DNA from: Schmidtea nova
Lineage: Eukaryota
Reading direction: 5' to 3'
DNA length: 64,000 nt
Assembly: GCA_044892505.1 (NCBI GenBank)
Contig: CM097882.1
Location: forward strand, 51,584,001-51,648,000
Part shown: piece by piece, positions 11,191-23,091 of the stretch
Position numbering within the stretch: position 1 is the stretch's first letter
How the letters are laid out: every line of letters begins with the position of its first letter
Made by a program: the position numbers and the translations under genes
The notes under the pieces: generated by a model
What the model saw: the letters and a program-made list of their open reading frames with translations, nothing else
The model's database searches: none
Told to the model about the DNA's origin: nothing

Positions 11191-12086
11191 ATTCAATTCA
11201 AATTAATCTCATTTTTCATTATTTAGTGTAACATTTTGGATGTTTTTGAATACAATAAGGTTTTCAAATAAATAACTGAATAGTGTAAAATTTACATAAT
11301 CCTATTATAATATAATTTTAAGGTTCTTTTGCAATAATCTATATCGAGAAAAAACCAGTACAAATTTGATTTATTTGCGAACTCATTTTATTTTTTATTG
11401 AAAATTTCTCATTTTAATTTCAACTTTTCGTCATTTTAATATGATAAATTATTTCAGTGATTTTTTATCAGATATTTTAGGTTAAATTAATAAGGTGTTG
11501 GCTGGCCAATTATATGCCCAGCTAAGGTGTTCGGCACAATAAGTCTTTTGGACTTTTGTTGTCATCCCTGTAATTTTTCTCGGCTGTTAACGCTTTAGCT
11601 CTGATTGGTGCGACATAAATTCATAAGAGAAATGAATAAATCGATTAAAACATTCTAATTTGGAATATATTAAAATTTATTGAAAAAATAAAATCTAATG
11701 AAAATTGATTTTAAAAAATTTCCATTCCAATTAGTGATTGCAAAAACGATTAATCGACCAATTTTAGCAAACCAATTAATCGGTTTAACCGTCTTAAAAA
11801 TCGATTATTCATATTTTACATTTTTTTCGATAATATTCTTTCCAAAATATTTCTAATCAAGAATTCCATAAAAATTTTCCGCGGAATTGTGCATTTACAT
11901 GAATTTTAATTTTTTTCCTACAATATTTCCAATGAATTTTGTAGAAAAAATTTTCCGTATAATTTTCTATACAAAATTTTTGTGTACAATATTTTTTTCA
12001 AATATATTTTTTTCGGCATTGAGTACAGTAGGCATAATTATTATTGTCAAAAATGTTTATTTGTAGTGTGAATTAGTAAAAGTATT

Positions 12087-12195
12087 GTTCTTGTGTTTTT
12101 AAATATACGTTCTTGTGTTTTTAAATATACGTTCTTGTGTTTTTAAATATAAATATTAAATATTATAAAGTTAACGTTCTTGTGTTTTAAATATA
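12087..12195. repeat. ~22-bp tandem repeat GTTCTTGTGTTTTTAAATATAC (3-4 copies) in the hAT 5' region
   Basis: Directly visible. Confidence 0.85.
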
Positions 12196-12235
12196 AATTT
12201 AATATTATACAATTTGCAGCAAATGTAAGTATTAA

Positions 12236-12469
12236 CCCTTTTGCACCGATTTTCCGCTAATGACACTATGCTAAATTTATGTATTGGAACTTGTTAATAT
12301 TGACCTAAATATGAAATATTCTCATTTTTTGTAATCGTGGCGCTTCTGAATATCCTAGAACAATGAAACACTGAAAATAAACTTTAACACCGCAAATTGC
12401 TTTGAAAATATCCCAGTAGGATCATGATGAAAGTTTCTGGGACGTATTGTCCCAATAGGGGCGAAAGGG
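12236..12469. mobile_element. piggyBac MITE nested in the hAT
   Basis: TTAA|CCCTTTTGCACC ... GGGGCGAAAGGG|TTAA. Confidence 0.85.
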
Positions 12470-12581
12470 TTAAGCATAAAAATCAAACATTATATTTGTA
12501 TCAATATATGAAATTATTATTAGGGTATTAAATTAATTGTTTTTTTTAGTTTTAAGATAAAAACTCTTGGTCTTCTTAATA

Positions 12582-14552
12582 ATGGAATCAAATTTCCAAC
12601 CAACTGAAAAAAACAAAACAAGCTCTGAGTTACACAATATATGGCATTTCTTCGAGTATAACAAAATCAATCAGTCAGCAAAATGTAAAAAATGCATGAA
12701 GGTGTTAAAGTGCTATGGTAGATCAACAAGTTCTTTGCATTCGCATTTAAAAACTGCACACAGTATCAATGCCTTAAAAAGAACTACAACGGGTAAAAAT
12801 TTTTTGGAAGTTGAATCTTTTTTCTGCTCTCAAAGCTCATCATTAACAAATTTTTTCCGAAATAAAACTGATGACTCTCTAGCAGCAATTATTTCAAGAA
12901 TGACTGCGAAGGACGGGATTCCACTATCGATGTTTTGTACTTCGTCTGATTTAAGAAAACTTTTAATTGCAAAAGGGTTTCAGAATGTTCATAAATCTCC
13001 CAACACAATAAGACGATTGATTGTTAGTTACTCAAAAAAAATACGAGATGAAGTTGTAAATGAAATATCGCACTATAAAGAGAGAGGTGGAAGATTCAGC
13101 CTCTCATTCGATGAGTGGACATCAAGTCGAAATAGAAGATACTTAAATATAAATGCTCATTCAAATTGCGTAGGACAATTCTGGAATTTAGGTTTGGCCC
13201 GTGTTGTAGGAAGTTTACCCGCTGAAAAGTGTGTTGATCTTCTTTTGGAAAAGTTATGTGTTTTTAACATTTCAATGGAAAAAGATGTTGTTTGCATAAC
13301 CACAGACGGAGCCGCCGTCATGAAAAAGGTTGGAAGACTGATTCCTGTTTCGCAGCAGCTTTGTTTTGCGCATACGATACAGTTAGCAGTCTTAGGTGTG
13401 TTATACCGTAATAACTCGTTTGATGTTGCTGAAGTGGAGGATTTACCCGAAAACGAAGAAGATTCAACTGATGAAGATTCTGATGATAAAAATAGTAACA
13501 ATCTGAACTACAATTTTGATGTAGTTATTGGCAATAAAGTAATTCCGATTTCTCACCACCGACTCATGCCACTGATAGCAAAGGTACGCAAAGTAATCAG
13601 AATATTTCGGCTTTCTCCAACAAGAAATGACGATATATTGCAAAAGTACGTGAAAGCTGAATTTGGAAAAGAAATCATGTTGATTTTGGACTCAAAAACT
13701 CGATGGAACAGCCTACTGACTATGTTGGATCTTTTTTTAAAATTGAAATCAGCTATTCAGAAAGCTTTGATCGATATTAAATCAAGTTATCTGTTTTCTG
13801 TAGATGAATTCAACCTGCTGTCCGAAACTGTTGCTACGCTTACTCCAATTAAATTTGCACTCGAAACTCTCTGCCGTCGAGATGCTAATTTATTGACTGC
13901 AGAAGCAACGTTGAAATTCCTGCTAAGCACGCTGGAAAAAATGAACTACAGTCTTGCAATTGAAATGAAGGATGCATTAGAATTACGAATTAAAGAAAGG
14001 TGGACCGATTTATCAGGTTTGTTGCAGTACTTGCACAGTGGTTATGCTAATACTTCCTCTTCAACCACTGACATATTTCCTGCTTTGAAGAAAAGCATAG
14101 TCAAGAAACTCTTATTGGATATGGTGCAACGATTATTTAAATCAGATAACGAACCTGACGTACTAGAACAGCAACGCAGCGAGGAAGATGTTGGTATGGA
14201 AGTATCAATAGTAGAAGAAACCGAAAACGAAGCTGACACAATCAAGCAACAAATGCAACGAGCTATTGATTAGCATTTGGCTGTGCCTGAAAAACGAACC
14301 ACTTTTTCTTACACTTCTTCAATAATCGAAAAAACTTTAAAACGTGAGCTTGCCCAGTTTGAAGATGATGGACATCGCGGTAAATGGTTGGATCTCTGTT
14401 ATAATACATTGAAATCAATTCCTCCTACAAGCGTGGAATCAGAGAGGGCATTTTCTGTATCAGGAAACTTCTGTACCAAACTCAGATCACGATTAAGTGA
14501 TAAAACCATAGATGACTTATGCTTTCTACTTGGTCACTTCAATAAAATTTAG
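12582..14552 (+). pseudogene. hAT transposase (BED zinc finger, DDE, C-terminal dimerisation domain) with one in-frame stop at 14271-14273
   Basis: IWHFF..AKCKKC..TSSLHSHL (BED), SLSFDEWTS, TTDGAAVM, CFAHTIQLAV, KTRWNS, SIPPTSVESERAFS. ORFs 12567-14273 and 14277-14552 are in the same frame. Confidence 0.9.
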
Positions 14553-15099
14553 AAAACATGTCTTCACAATTTTTAAAATGAATTTTTTATTTATGTTTTG
14601 TTAATGAATTATATTTTTTTTCTTTTTTTTTAAATAAATATTATATATTCTAAATTTAAAAACATGGTAAAATAAAAATATTTGCTAGAGGGAAATATTT
14701 CGACACGAAATAATTTCACAAAACAATTCCTTTTAAAAAACCGATTAAAAACCGATTAATCGGTTTTTGTAAAACCAAAACCGAAAAAATCGGTTTTGAC
14801 TTTAACTATAGTTTTTGCAATCACTAATTCCAATAGTATTAACTTTTGATGAAAAATATTTCAATGTTTTTTATTTTTTACCAATTTAACAAAAACTATT
14901 TTAACATGATTTTAAACTACTTCAAACAGAGATAAGTACGTGGTGAGCTATATACGTACTTAAACTAGACAAGAAATAATTACTTTATAAAATATGTATT
15001 GCAAGGGATTATACTTAAATATGTATTGGTAATGAAAAGGTTTTGCTAAGCTATTTCTGTTTGGAGAAGATATTGCGCTATTTCATTATTGCGTCACAA

Positions 15100-16220
15100 A
15101 ATGGCAGATAATGTTAAATTTATTTGCATTATAAAGTTTCTGTTTTTGAAGAAAACTAATGGCCAAGAAACTATTGGTAAACTGTATGATGTGTTCAAAA
15201 ATGAGTGCTCATGTAATGCAACCATTTACAATTCGTGATTTTAAAAGTTGGCGCATTTGTGTTTTTGATTTGGAAAGCCTAGCAGATCTGTATAAGTTTG
15301 AAATGAGAAGAAAGAAATGCTGGAGAAAATCATCATGATAGACAGTCGCATTAAAATATGATACATGGAACAACGTCTAAACATCTTTAAAGGTATATTG
15401 CATAACTTGCTGAATGAAATCGATATCAGAAAACTGTGTTCACGATTTGTGCCACAATTTCTTACGGGTGACATGCAACAGAGACCATTTGATAATTTTC
15501 AGGAAATTTTGGATATCTTTGAAAAGCTTGGTGATGCCTTTCTGAAACACATAATCACTGAAGATAAGACACCTCTGAGCATATACATACCGTAAACTAA
15601 ACGTGAATTTACAGAATGGAAAATGTCAGAGAAGAAACCATCATTGAAAATGAAAACTGGCACGTCTTAAAAGAAATTCCTGACGTGCACAATTTTTTGG
15701 GATATGAAAGATGTTCTCAAAAATGGATATCACAACATCAGATGTAAATTTCAACAGCGATTATTGCGTATAAAGTTAAAAGAAGTAATAAGAAAGCGAC
15801 AGAAAAGAAGAAGTAATGAACTCTGGCTATTGCGCGACAATGGCCCAATCCACACATTCCACCGGCCGACAACAACAATTGACTCATGTGAATTGTCACT
15901 GGTGCATTTCTAATCATATAGTTCTGACCTTACCCTTAGTAATTTTTAACTCTTCCGACAAATAAAGAATAATTTGCGAGGAAAATTCTTTAATTGTGCC
16001 TATGTTTTGTAAAGTCATATCACACATTTGCTGACTATATACCAAAAGCCTTCTATGAAAATTTCATCTTAGACTTGGTGTCACAATGACGAAAATGTGT
16101 GTAAGTTGGTGGAACTTACATTGAAAATTAAACTTTTACATGTAAATTGTTTGTTGCAAAAAGTTTGAATAAAATAGATTGCTTATTCATTGTCGAGTCT
16201 TATTACTTATTGGGAGCACC
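15100..16220 (+). pseudogene. Degenerate mariner transposon
   Basis: RKLCSRFVPQFLT (WVPHEL-like), IITEDKT (TGDETW-like), LLRDNGPIH (HDNARPH-like) and a YSSDLTLSNF-like tract. Confidence 0.8.
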
Positions 16221-16287
16221 ATATATTATGAGTCAAGAATATTTTAGAGGCTTTGCTTTTCATTACACTATATATATATATATATAC

Positions 16288-16318
<31 letters not shown>

Positions 16319-16730
16319 TTATCTGAAATAACCTAAATTTCATTATTAGAAATTGTATAAAATTTAAGGAAACATAAAAACTTCTTGAAATAATTACATG
16401 GCTCACAAAATTTGGTTTTTTGATAAAAATGTGATTTATTGTTTTTCTAAACTAATAGTTATTAGAATTTATCGATAATATATTCAGGCAAAAAGGGAAA
16501 AACATAAAACATTAGTTGCTTTTTCATTTATGATTTTTTGATAATGTTAATTCTATCATAAAGAAATTTTAAAAAGTTGATAAGAAAGAAAAAGTGCTCA
16601 AATTTATATTTAAGTTTTAGGATAAGTATTAAAAATTTACATAAGAAAACACAATATTTAATTATCAAATTATATAATTACCATTGTGCGTACGTCTGTA
16701 ACTTTTGTATTTTTATTTTAAATTTTTAAA

Positions 16731-17739
16731 NNNNNNNNNNNNNNNNNNNNNNNNNNNNNNNNNNNNNNNNNNNNNNNNNNNNNNNNNNNNNNNNNNNNNN
16801 NNNNNNNNNNNNNNNNNNNNNNNNNNNNNNNNNNNNNNNNNNNNNNNNNNNNNNNNNNNNNNNNNNNNNNNNNNNNNNNNNNNNNNNNNNNNNNNNNNNN
16901 NNNNNNNNNNNNNNNNNNNNNNNNNNNNNNNNNNNNNNNNNNNNNNNNNNNNNNNNNNNNNNNNNNNNNNNNNNNNNNNNNNNNNNNNNNNNNNNNNNNN
17001 NNNNNNNNNNNNNNNNNNNNNNNNNNNNNNNNNNNNNNNNNNNNNNNNNNNNNNNNNNNNNNNNNNNNNNNNNNNNNNNNNNNNNNNNNNNNNNNNNNNN
17101 NNNNNNNNNNNNNNNNNNNNNNNNNNNNNNNNNNNNNNNNNNNNNNNNNNTTCACCTTTGATCTTTTTTTATTATTATTATCAATAATTCTCATAATGAC
17201 TATAGATCAAATTTTTTTTTTATAAACAATAACACAATATTTCGGCACAGCTTTTATCAATACACACTTGATAAAGGCTGTGCCGAAATATTGTGTTATT
17301 GTTTATAAAAAAAAATTTGATCTATAGTCANNNNNNNNNNNNNNNNNNNNNNNNNNNNNNNNNNNNNNNNNNNNNNNNNNNNNNNNNNNNNNNNNNNNNN
17401 NNNNNNNNNNNNNNNNNNNNNNNNNNNNNNNNNNNNNNNNNNNNNNNNNNNNNNNNNNNNNNNNNNNNNNNNNNNNNNNNNNNNNNNNNNNNNNNNNNNN
17501 NNNNNNNNNNNNNNNNNNNNNNNNNNNNNNNNNNNNNNNNNNNNNNNNNNNNNNNNNNNNNNNNNNNNNNNNNNNNNNNNNNNNNNNNNNNNNNNNNNNN
17601 NNNNNNNNNNNNNNNNNNNNNNNNNNNNNNNNNNNNNNNNNNNNNNNNNNNNNNNNNNNNNNNNNNNNNNNNNNNNNNNNNNNNNNNNNNNNNNNNNNNN
17701 NNNNNNNNNNNNNNNNNNNNNNNNNNNNNNNNNNNNNNA
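16731..17739. other. Assembly gaps 16731-17150 and 17331-17739 around a 180-bp contig (other gaps 43709-43872, 62926-63322)
   Basis: N runs. Confidence 0.99.
17151..17330. mobile_element. Palindromic hairpin element family P1, near-perfect copy
   Basis: TTCACCTTTGATC...GACTATAGATCAA...TTTCGGCACAGCTTTTATCAA-TACACAC-TTGATAAAGGCTGTGCCGAAATA...TTGATCTATAGTCA. Further, more degenerate copies at ~8276, 22940-23065, 45402-45525 (reverse), 57863-58035, 60701-60850 and 63392-63460. Confidence 0.8.
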
Positions 17740-17751
17740 GCAATAAGTATT

Positions 17752-17867
17752 TAATAAATTAATAAATAAGTAATAAAATAAGCCTTTGCTGCAAAAACAA
17801 TTTTCTCACTTAATAAAATTGTTTTTGCAGCAAAGGCTTATTTGATTACTTATTTATTAATTTATTA
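17752..17867. repeat. Hairpin family P2 (copy 1): ~50-bp stem, loop CTCACTTAAT
   Basis: AATAAGCCTTTGCTGCAAAAACAATTTT / AAAATTGTTTTTGCAGCAAAGGCTTATT. Second copy at 24830-24927. Confidence 0.85.
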
Positions 17868-18360
17868 TTATTATTATTATTTATAAAATATAAAACTTTA
17901 AAAAAATAAATTTTAAAATTTATATTAAAAGAATTTTCTTTTAATTATATTAATAATTTACATCCAATAAAAAAGATATAATTCAAGAGAAAGAAACAGC
18001 AATATTCTGAAGTTCCAAGAATCTTATATAAATAAATAAGACGACACTGGTTAAAAGATTTTATTCAATATAACAATTACAATTACCTGGATAAATATAC
18101 AGCTTTTACAATGTAAGATGTATTTCTTTATTATGTACTTTATTATTATATTCTGAATTAGAGATTGATAAGGACTATTTTATAATCGAAAATATTCACA
18201 TAATAAAATTTTGCAGTAAAGGCTTTTTGTAATATTTATTAATTATTTAATTTATTTAATTTATTTAATCTTTATTGCTATTATTATTATTTAAAATAAA
18301 TAAAAATAATTCATTTTTATTGTTTGTTGGTAGTGGGGTATTTTTAAAATATAATAATAT

Positions 18361-19100
18361 TGTCGGGGTTCTTTAAATTACTGCAAAATAAGGTTTAAGA
18401 GCACAGAAAATAGTGTGTAAATCAATAAAAAGGTATAACTTAGCAAAATTTAAAACTAACAAATAAAGTGCAAAAATTTTTTTTTAATTTTTAAAATTAA
18501 TAGTTTTGGGGGAAATCAGGTATGAACGAATGTTAAATAATGAAATGAGTAGAAATATAATAATTTCAAATCAATAGACGGTATCCAGACAAAGGTATTC
18601 AAAAATTAAAACTAATAAATTAATTCATTGCTAATAACAAATTTACTTAATTGATTAACAATAGTCCCTGAGCTTGACAAGCGATTTGTCAGCTTGTAAA
18701 ACTTACAAATAAAATTATATTTATTTTCAAATTTAATATAATCCCTGAGCCGGAAAAGAATATTAATTAAATTATTTTATTGAGTGAAATTGCCATTACT
18801 CATATAAAAATGAGCAAATGAGCAGCACTTTAATACAAATTATCATGCTGTTTGAAGACAAAAGTTAAAGTTAAAAAGAAAATAAAAGACAAAAGGAAAA
18901 GATTTTATCACGGTTGATCAAATTCGTTTTATTGCTTAAGACAGTTTCTCTTAGGGTCACCAGCCCCTATTATTAAATGTTGAGGTTTCAAGAATCTTTA
19001 TTTGATGGGTCGTATAAAAATAAAAACTGAGACTGTTTAAGAAATTTTATTTATTTATCACAATAGTTTTACAAGTCACAAAAATGAAAATAACCTCAGC
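18361..19100 (+). mobile_element. Diverged family-L-like LTR
   Basis: ATAT|TGTCGGGGTT start plus AAAGTGCAAAAATT and GGGGGAAA..GGTATG motifs as in family L. 3' end not resolved. Confidence 0.45.
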
Positions 19101-20170
19101 TAAATAAAATATAGATTTTGATCAATTTGTATATATGTGCGTTTATATATTAATGCTTCCAGTTTTCTGAGCTCGGATATATAAATTTCTATGCTAGAAT
19201 TTATATTGCAATAAAAACTACTGAATTTGCAACTATTCTGATAATTTAATTTTTAGGATGATTTGACTGAAAATCTGCTAAAAATGTTTGTTATTTTTCT
19301 AATTGAGTTGATTGAAAATGAAATTATTTTATAAACTTAGAATTGAAAATATTATTTCATTTTGCTGGCCTTTGTAGGTCATAAATATAATTTATTTAAA
19401 CAAACAGTAAAACTTTATTTTATTATTATTTATTTAAATTATTTAATATATTAATATATTTTTTCAAAATTTAAATTTAAATATAAATATAAACCATTTT
19501 CCAAATATTTTCAGAACAAAATATTCATTCAAAATCACATAAAATTTTATCAATAATGGTTTCCGTCACCTAAAAATAAAAATGTCAATAAATGTTATCA
19601 AGATCATAAATTGTCATAACTATATTGTCAAAAATTAATTGTCATTCGATCCATTGTTTGATATTGATTGCCGTCCACATGTACATTTAATCTATATTTT
19701 CTTATTACTACTATGTAGTCATCATTGATTTCAAATGAATTACCTACTCTTCCTGTATCTAACATAAGCAAAATTATTTGTAGTGGTAATAATTTGAATG
19801 AATGTAATTTTTGTATTAATAAAAAGTTATTTTGCTTAGTGATTATTCTTATTGATCAAGAATACGTGGAGTTCGATTTGGAATTCAATCCGACTGAAAT
19901 ATAAATACAACTCCACAATATAATTAAGATATAATTCCTAATTAATGAGAGATATAATTTAAATTGTGTCTGTGCATAAAGTAATTTTTCACGGGTTACT
20001 ACTAGTAATAAACTCATATATTATGGCATAATTATAGAAAGAAATGGCAATTTTACATGTCAATTTAACTAACTACTCTCAGTAAATATTAAAGGACCAT
20101 AATTAGGGCACATTTGTCTAATGTCCTAGAAAATTTAGAATTTTTAAATCAAATTAAACGCAGCCTATAA

Positions 20171-20249
<79 letters not shown>

Positions 20250-20729
20250 CTGGATATGAAAATAATTGTTTTCCTTTAAAAATATTTTTCGTCAATGCTT
20301 AATCGTCGGTTACGTTATATTTCGGTGGCAATTGCCAGCACTGAATTAATCCATGCATCAAAATTAATAATTTATTAGTGAAATCTCTTGATAAAAATAT
20401 GTACTAGAAAAAGATTTTAAAAATAAATTCTTAAAGTGTCATTTTATTAATCGACCCGCAGATTAAGTGTTGAAATATTCAAGTTAAGTTAAGCCTTTTT
20501 TTTCCTAAGGATAGGTAAAAGTAAATTTTGATTTAATAGTTAATAAAATATTATTTGATTGTAAATTAATATTCATATAAATATGGCATATTGTGGATAT
20601 ATCTAATCGACAAGTTGGCGGTTAACTTCCAAAAACGTGTGATATGTGAAACTTTTGTGTTGTTATTTTAAAATTTCTGTAGCATTGCATATAAGGAAAC
20701 TTATATCTCTACTGGTTAAGCTGTTTTTT

Positions 20730-22791
20730 CGGTAACCCGATCAAACAGAACATGAAAAAAAACAGAACACGTACAAAACAAAACTACGACAAATCAGAAC
20801 AGGTATAAAAAACTATGACGAATCAGAACAGGGCAAAAATTAAGGTAAAAAATTTTTATTAATATATACTATAGCATTATTATTCTATAAAAATATTTAC
20901 ACAATATATACAATACAAGAAAACAATTATTGTAAATTGGCCATTCGGTGTAACAACTTTAGTTTATCATCCTCTTCAGCATAGTTCTGTACAACTGCAG
21001 AAACTTTATTGGCTAATATTTGGTATTTTTTATTCTTCACCTCTGGGTGACCTGTTTGTGCATTCGCTAAAATTAGCCGCTGACACGAAATATCGCGCCT
21101 TAAGTCGTCTAATAAACTCCAAATGCTTGGGTAGCTGCAATGGAATATCGAATTAAGCGCATTATAAAATCCTTCACAAGAATTTGTTGTCTTGGGAAAT
21201 CCCTCTATAGCGGCTTTGTGGTGATTCCAAGTCTGGATTGGGAATACAGGAGATCTCCCTACAATTCCTTTCACATATGTTGAAAAAAATACGTTAGTAC
21301 TTCATTATAGGTATCTTCGTCTGGAAATGAAGCAGCTAATATATCAAAAACCATTCTTACTTGGTTTATTGACACAAATGCTAAAGCAGGTAATGACTTG
21401 ATTGTCAATTTTATTTCAATATGTGACTCATATACTGTTTTCAAGCCAACACTATTTATCTTCCTAAGGACACTCTGGCACAGGTGAAAATAGCATTCTG
21501 TTATAATTGCTTCTGGAAAAGCAACTTGAGCAGTAGACATGCATGCTTTTTCGAAATCAACAAGAATCTTTGCTGGTTTTAAATTCGGCAGCAATTGTTG
21601 CAAAATGGCAAACATTCTTGAATATGTCTCCATATTTTTTATGCAATAGAAAATAAATGCATGGAAGATAGGAATTACCAATTTTTGCATGCCTGTATAC
21701 AGTTGATAAAACATGTTGGTGTTTTATCGAATGTCAAATCCCCATAAATTACATCCTTTTGTAATTATTTAACCAGGTCTCCATTTCCTATTGCCAATAT
21801 TTTCTCTGGGTCATTAGCTCCCGTATCATGTATAATCAGGTCAGCATACTTCTCTGGGATGATAAAATCATTTGTAGGTGGATTGGGGATAGTAGTACCT
21901 TTATGTTTAAAAAAGTGTGAGGGAGGATTGTTTCGGTAAATGTTCCAAAACATCATTGCTTACATCGGTTAAAACATTTCCCATTATATTTCTGGGAATT
22001 GCGCCAACTGCCTTCATATCTTGTTTCATCTTAGCTTGCAAGGTAATTTATTGTGTTTTCTGGGGATTGGAATCATTGCAGTGTTTTGGTAACTCCCCAA
22101 TGATATTTCCTTTTTGTGTCCTCAAGAAGGCTCGGCATTTAGTAGAAAAATAAACTCTACATCTCCAGGTAATTACCTTGGCATCATTTTCTCTATACTT
22201 TATGTACTCATATCCATGGTAGAGTAAAACTGTATTTTCTTGCTGAGTCACTGAATATTTCATGACAATTGATCTTTTAAAAACAAATTTATAATTAATA
22301 TTATATTTTACCCTTGTTATGGTATATAGATTGTATGGACAGATAATAATAATACGATATAAAATTATAAATGCTTACTTTGTAAATAGACTGATAATAT
22401 AACTCTTAACATGTTTTCACAACGAAAAATTTAAATGCCACGCAAAGTATCTAACAGAAGATGCAAAAAGACACTGAATAAATTTGATATGTTGAAAACC
22501 ATTATATAATTATTGGAAATTGTATTCATAAACCCATATAGCGAAGGACTAACTTTTCTCATAATCGTATTAAGAAAAAGCATATTAAGAACAAATTAAC
22601 AAGCCAGGTAACATGGTACTTATAGAGATAACAAATAATAAATATTTTATTTTTATCATGTTCTGATCTGTCATAGTTTTGTTTAATACCTGTTCTGTTT
22701 TGTCACTGTTCTGATTTGTCGTAGTTTTGTTTTGTACGTGTTCTCTTTTTTCATCTTCTGTTCTTTCATGTTCTATTTGATCATGGAACCG
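20730..22791 (-). mobile_element. Mutator-like (MULE) element with disrupted FLYWCH + MULE transposase
   Basis: ~120-bp TIRs built of CAGAACA subrepeats. ORF 22048-22263 is FLYWCH-like (YHGYEY...ITWRC...CRAFL). ORFs 21271-21714 and 20927-21274 contain LKPAKILVDFEKA, CYFHLCQS and TTNSCEGFY. Confidence 0.88.
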
Positions 22792-23091
22792 TTTTTTCAT
22801 AGATCATTAATCTCCTCTTTAATTTTATTGTCAGTCTAAAACTGTCATTTTGCTAATTTTCAGCATTATGTGTAGGATGAAAATATTTGTCTTTTTAATA
22901 GAATGGCTTAAGCTGTTTTTAGCATTACCATCTCTAATTTTCACATTTGATCTTTTCTTTTCAATTTCAGAATTTTTCATATTTTTATAGATAAAAAAAG
23001 TGCATGAATATTCGGCACAGCCTTCTTTTCCTTTTTTGATAGGCTTTATCGAAAATTCATGTATTTCAAACAATCGTACTTGTCTTTATAT

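Larger units (their letters stand above)
11732..14826 (+). mobile_element. Full-length hAT DNA transposon
   Basis: 16-bp TIR TAGTGATTGCAAAAAC, perfect 8-bp TSD ATTCCAAT (11724-11731, 14827-14834) and subterminal AACCGATTAATCGG repeats. Confidence 0.95.

Noticed and set aside
16705-17754. Long X-containing ORFs (also near 43.5-44.0 kb and 62.9-63.4 kb)
   Set aside because: Artefacts of translating N gaps.
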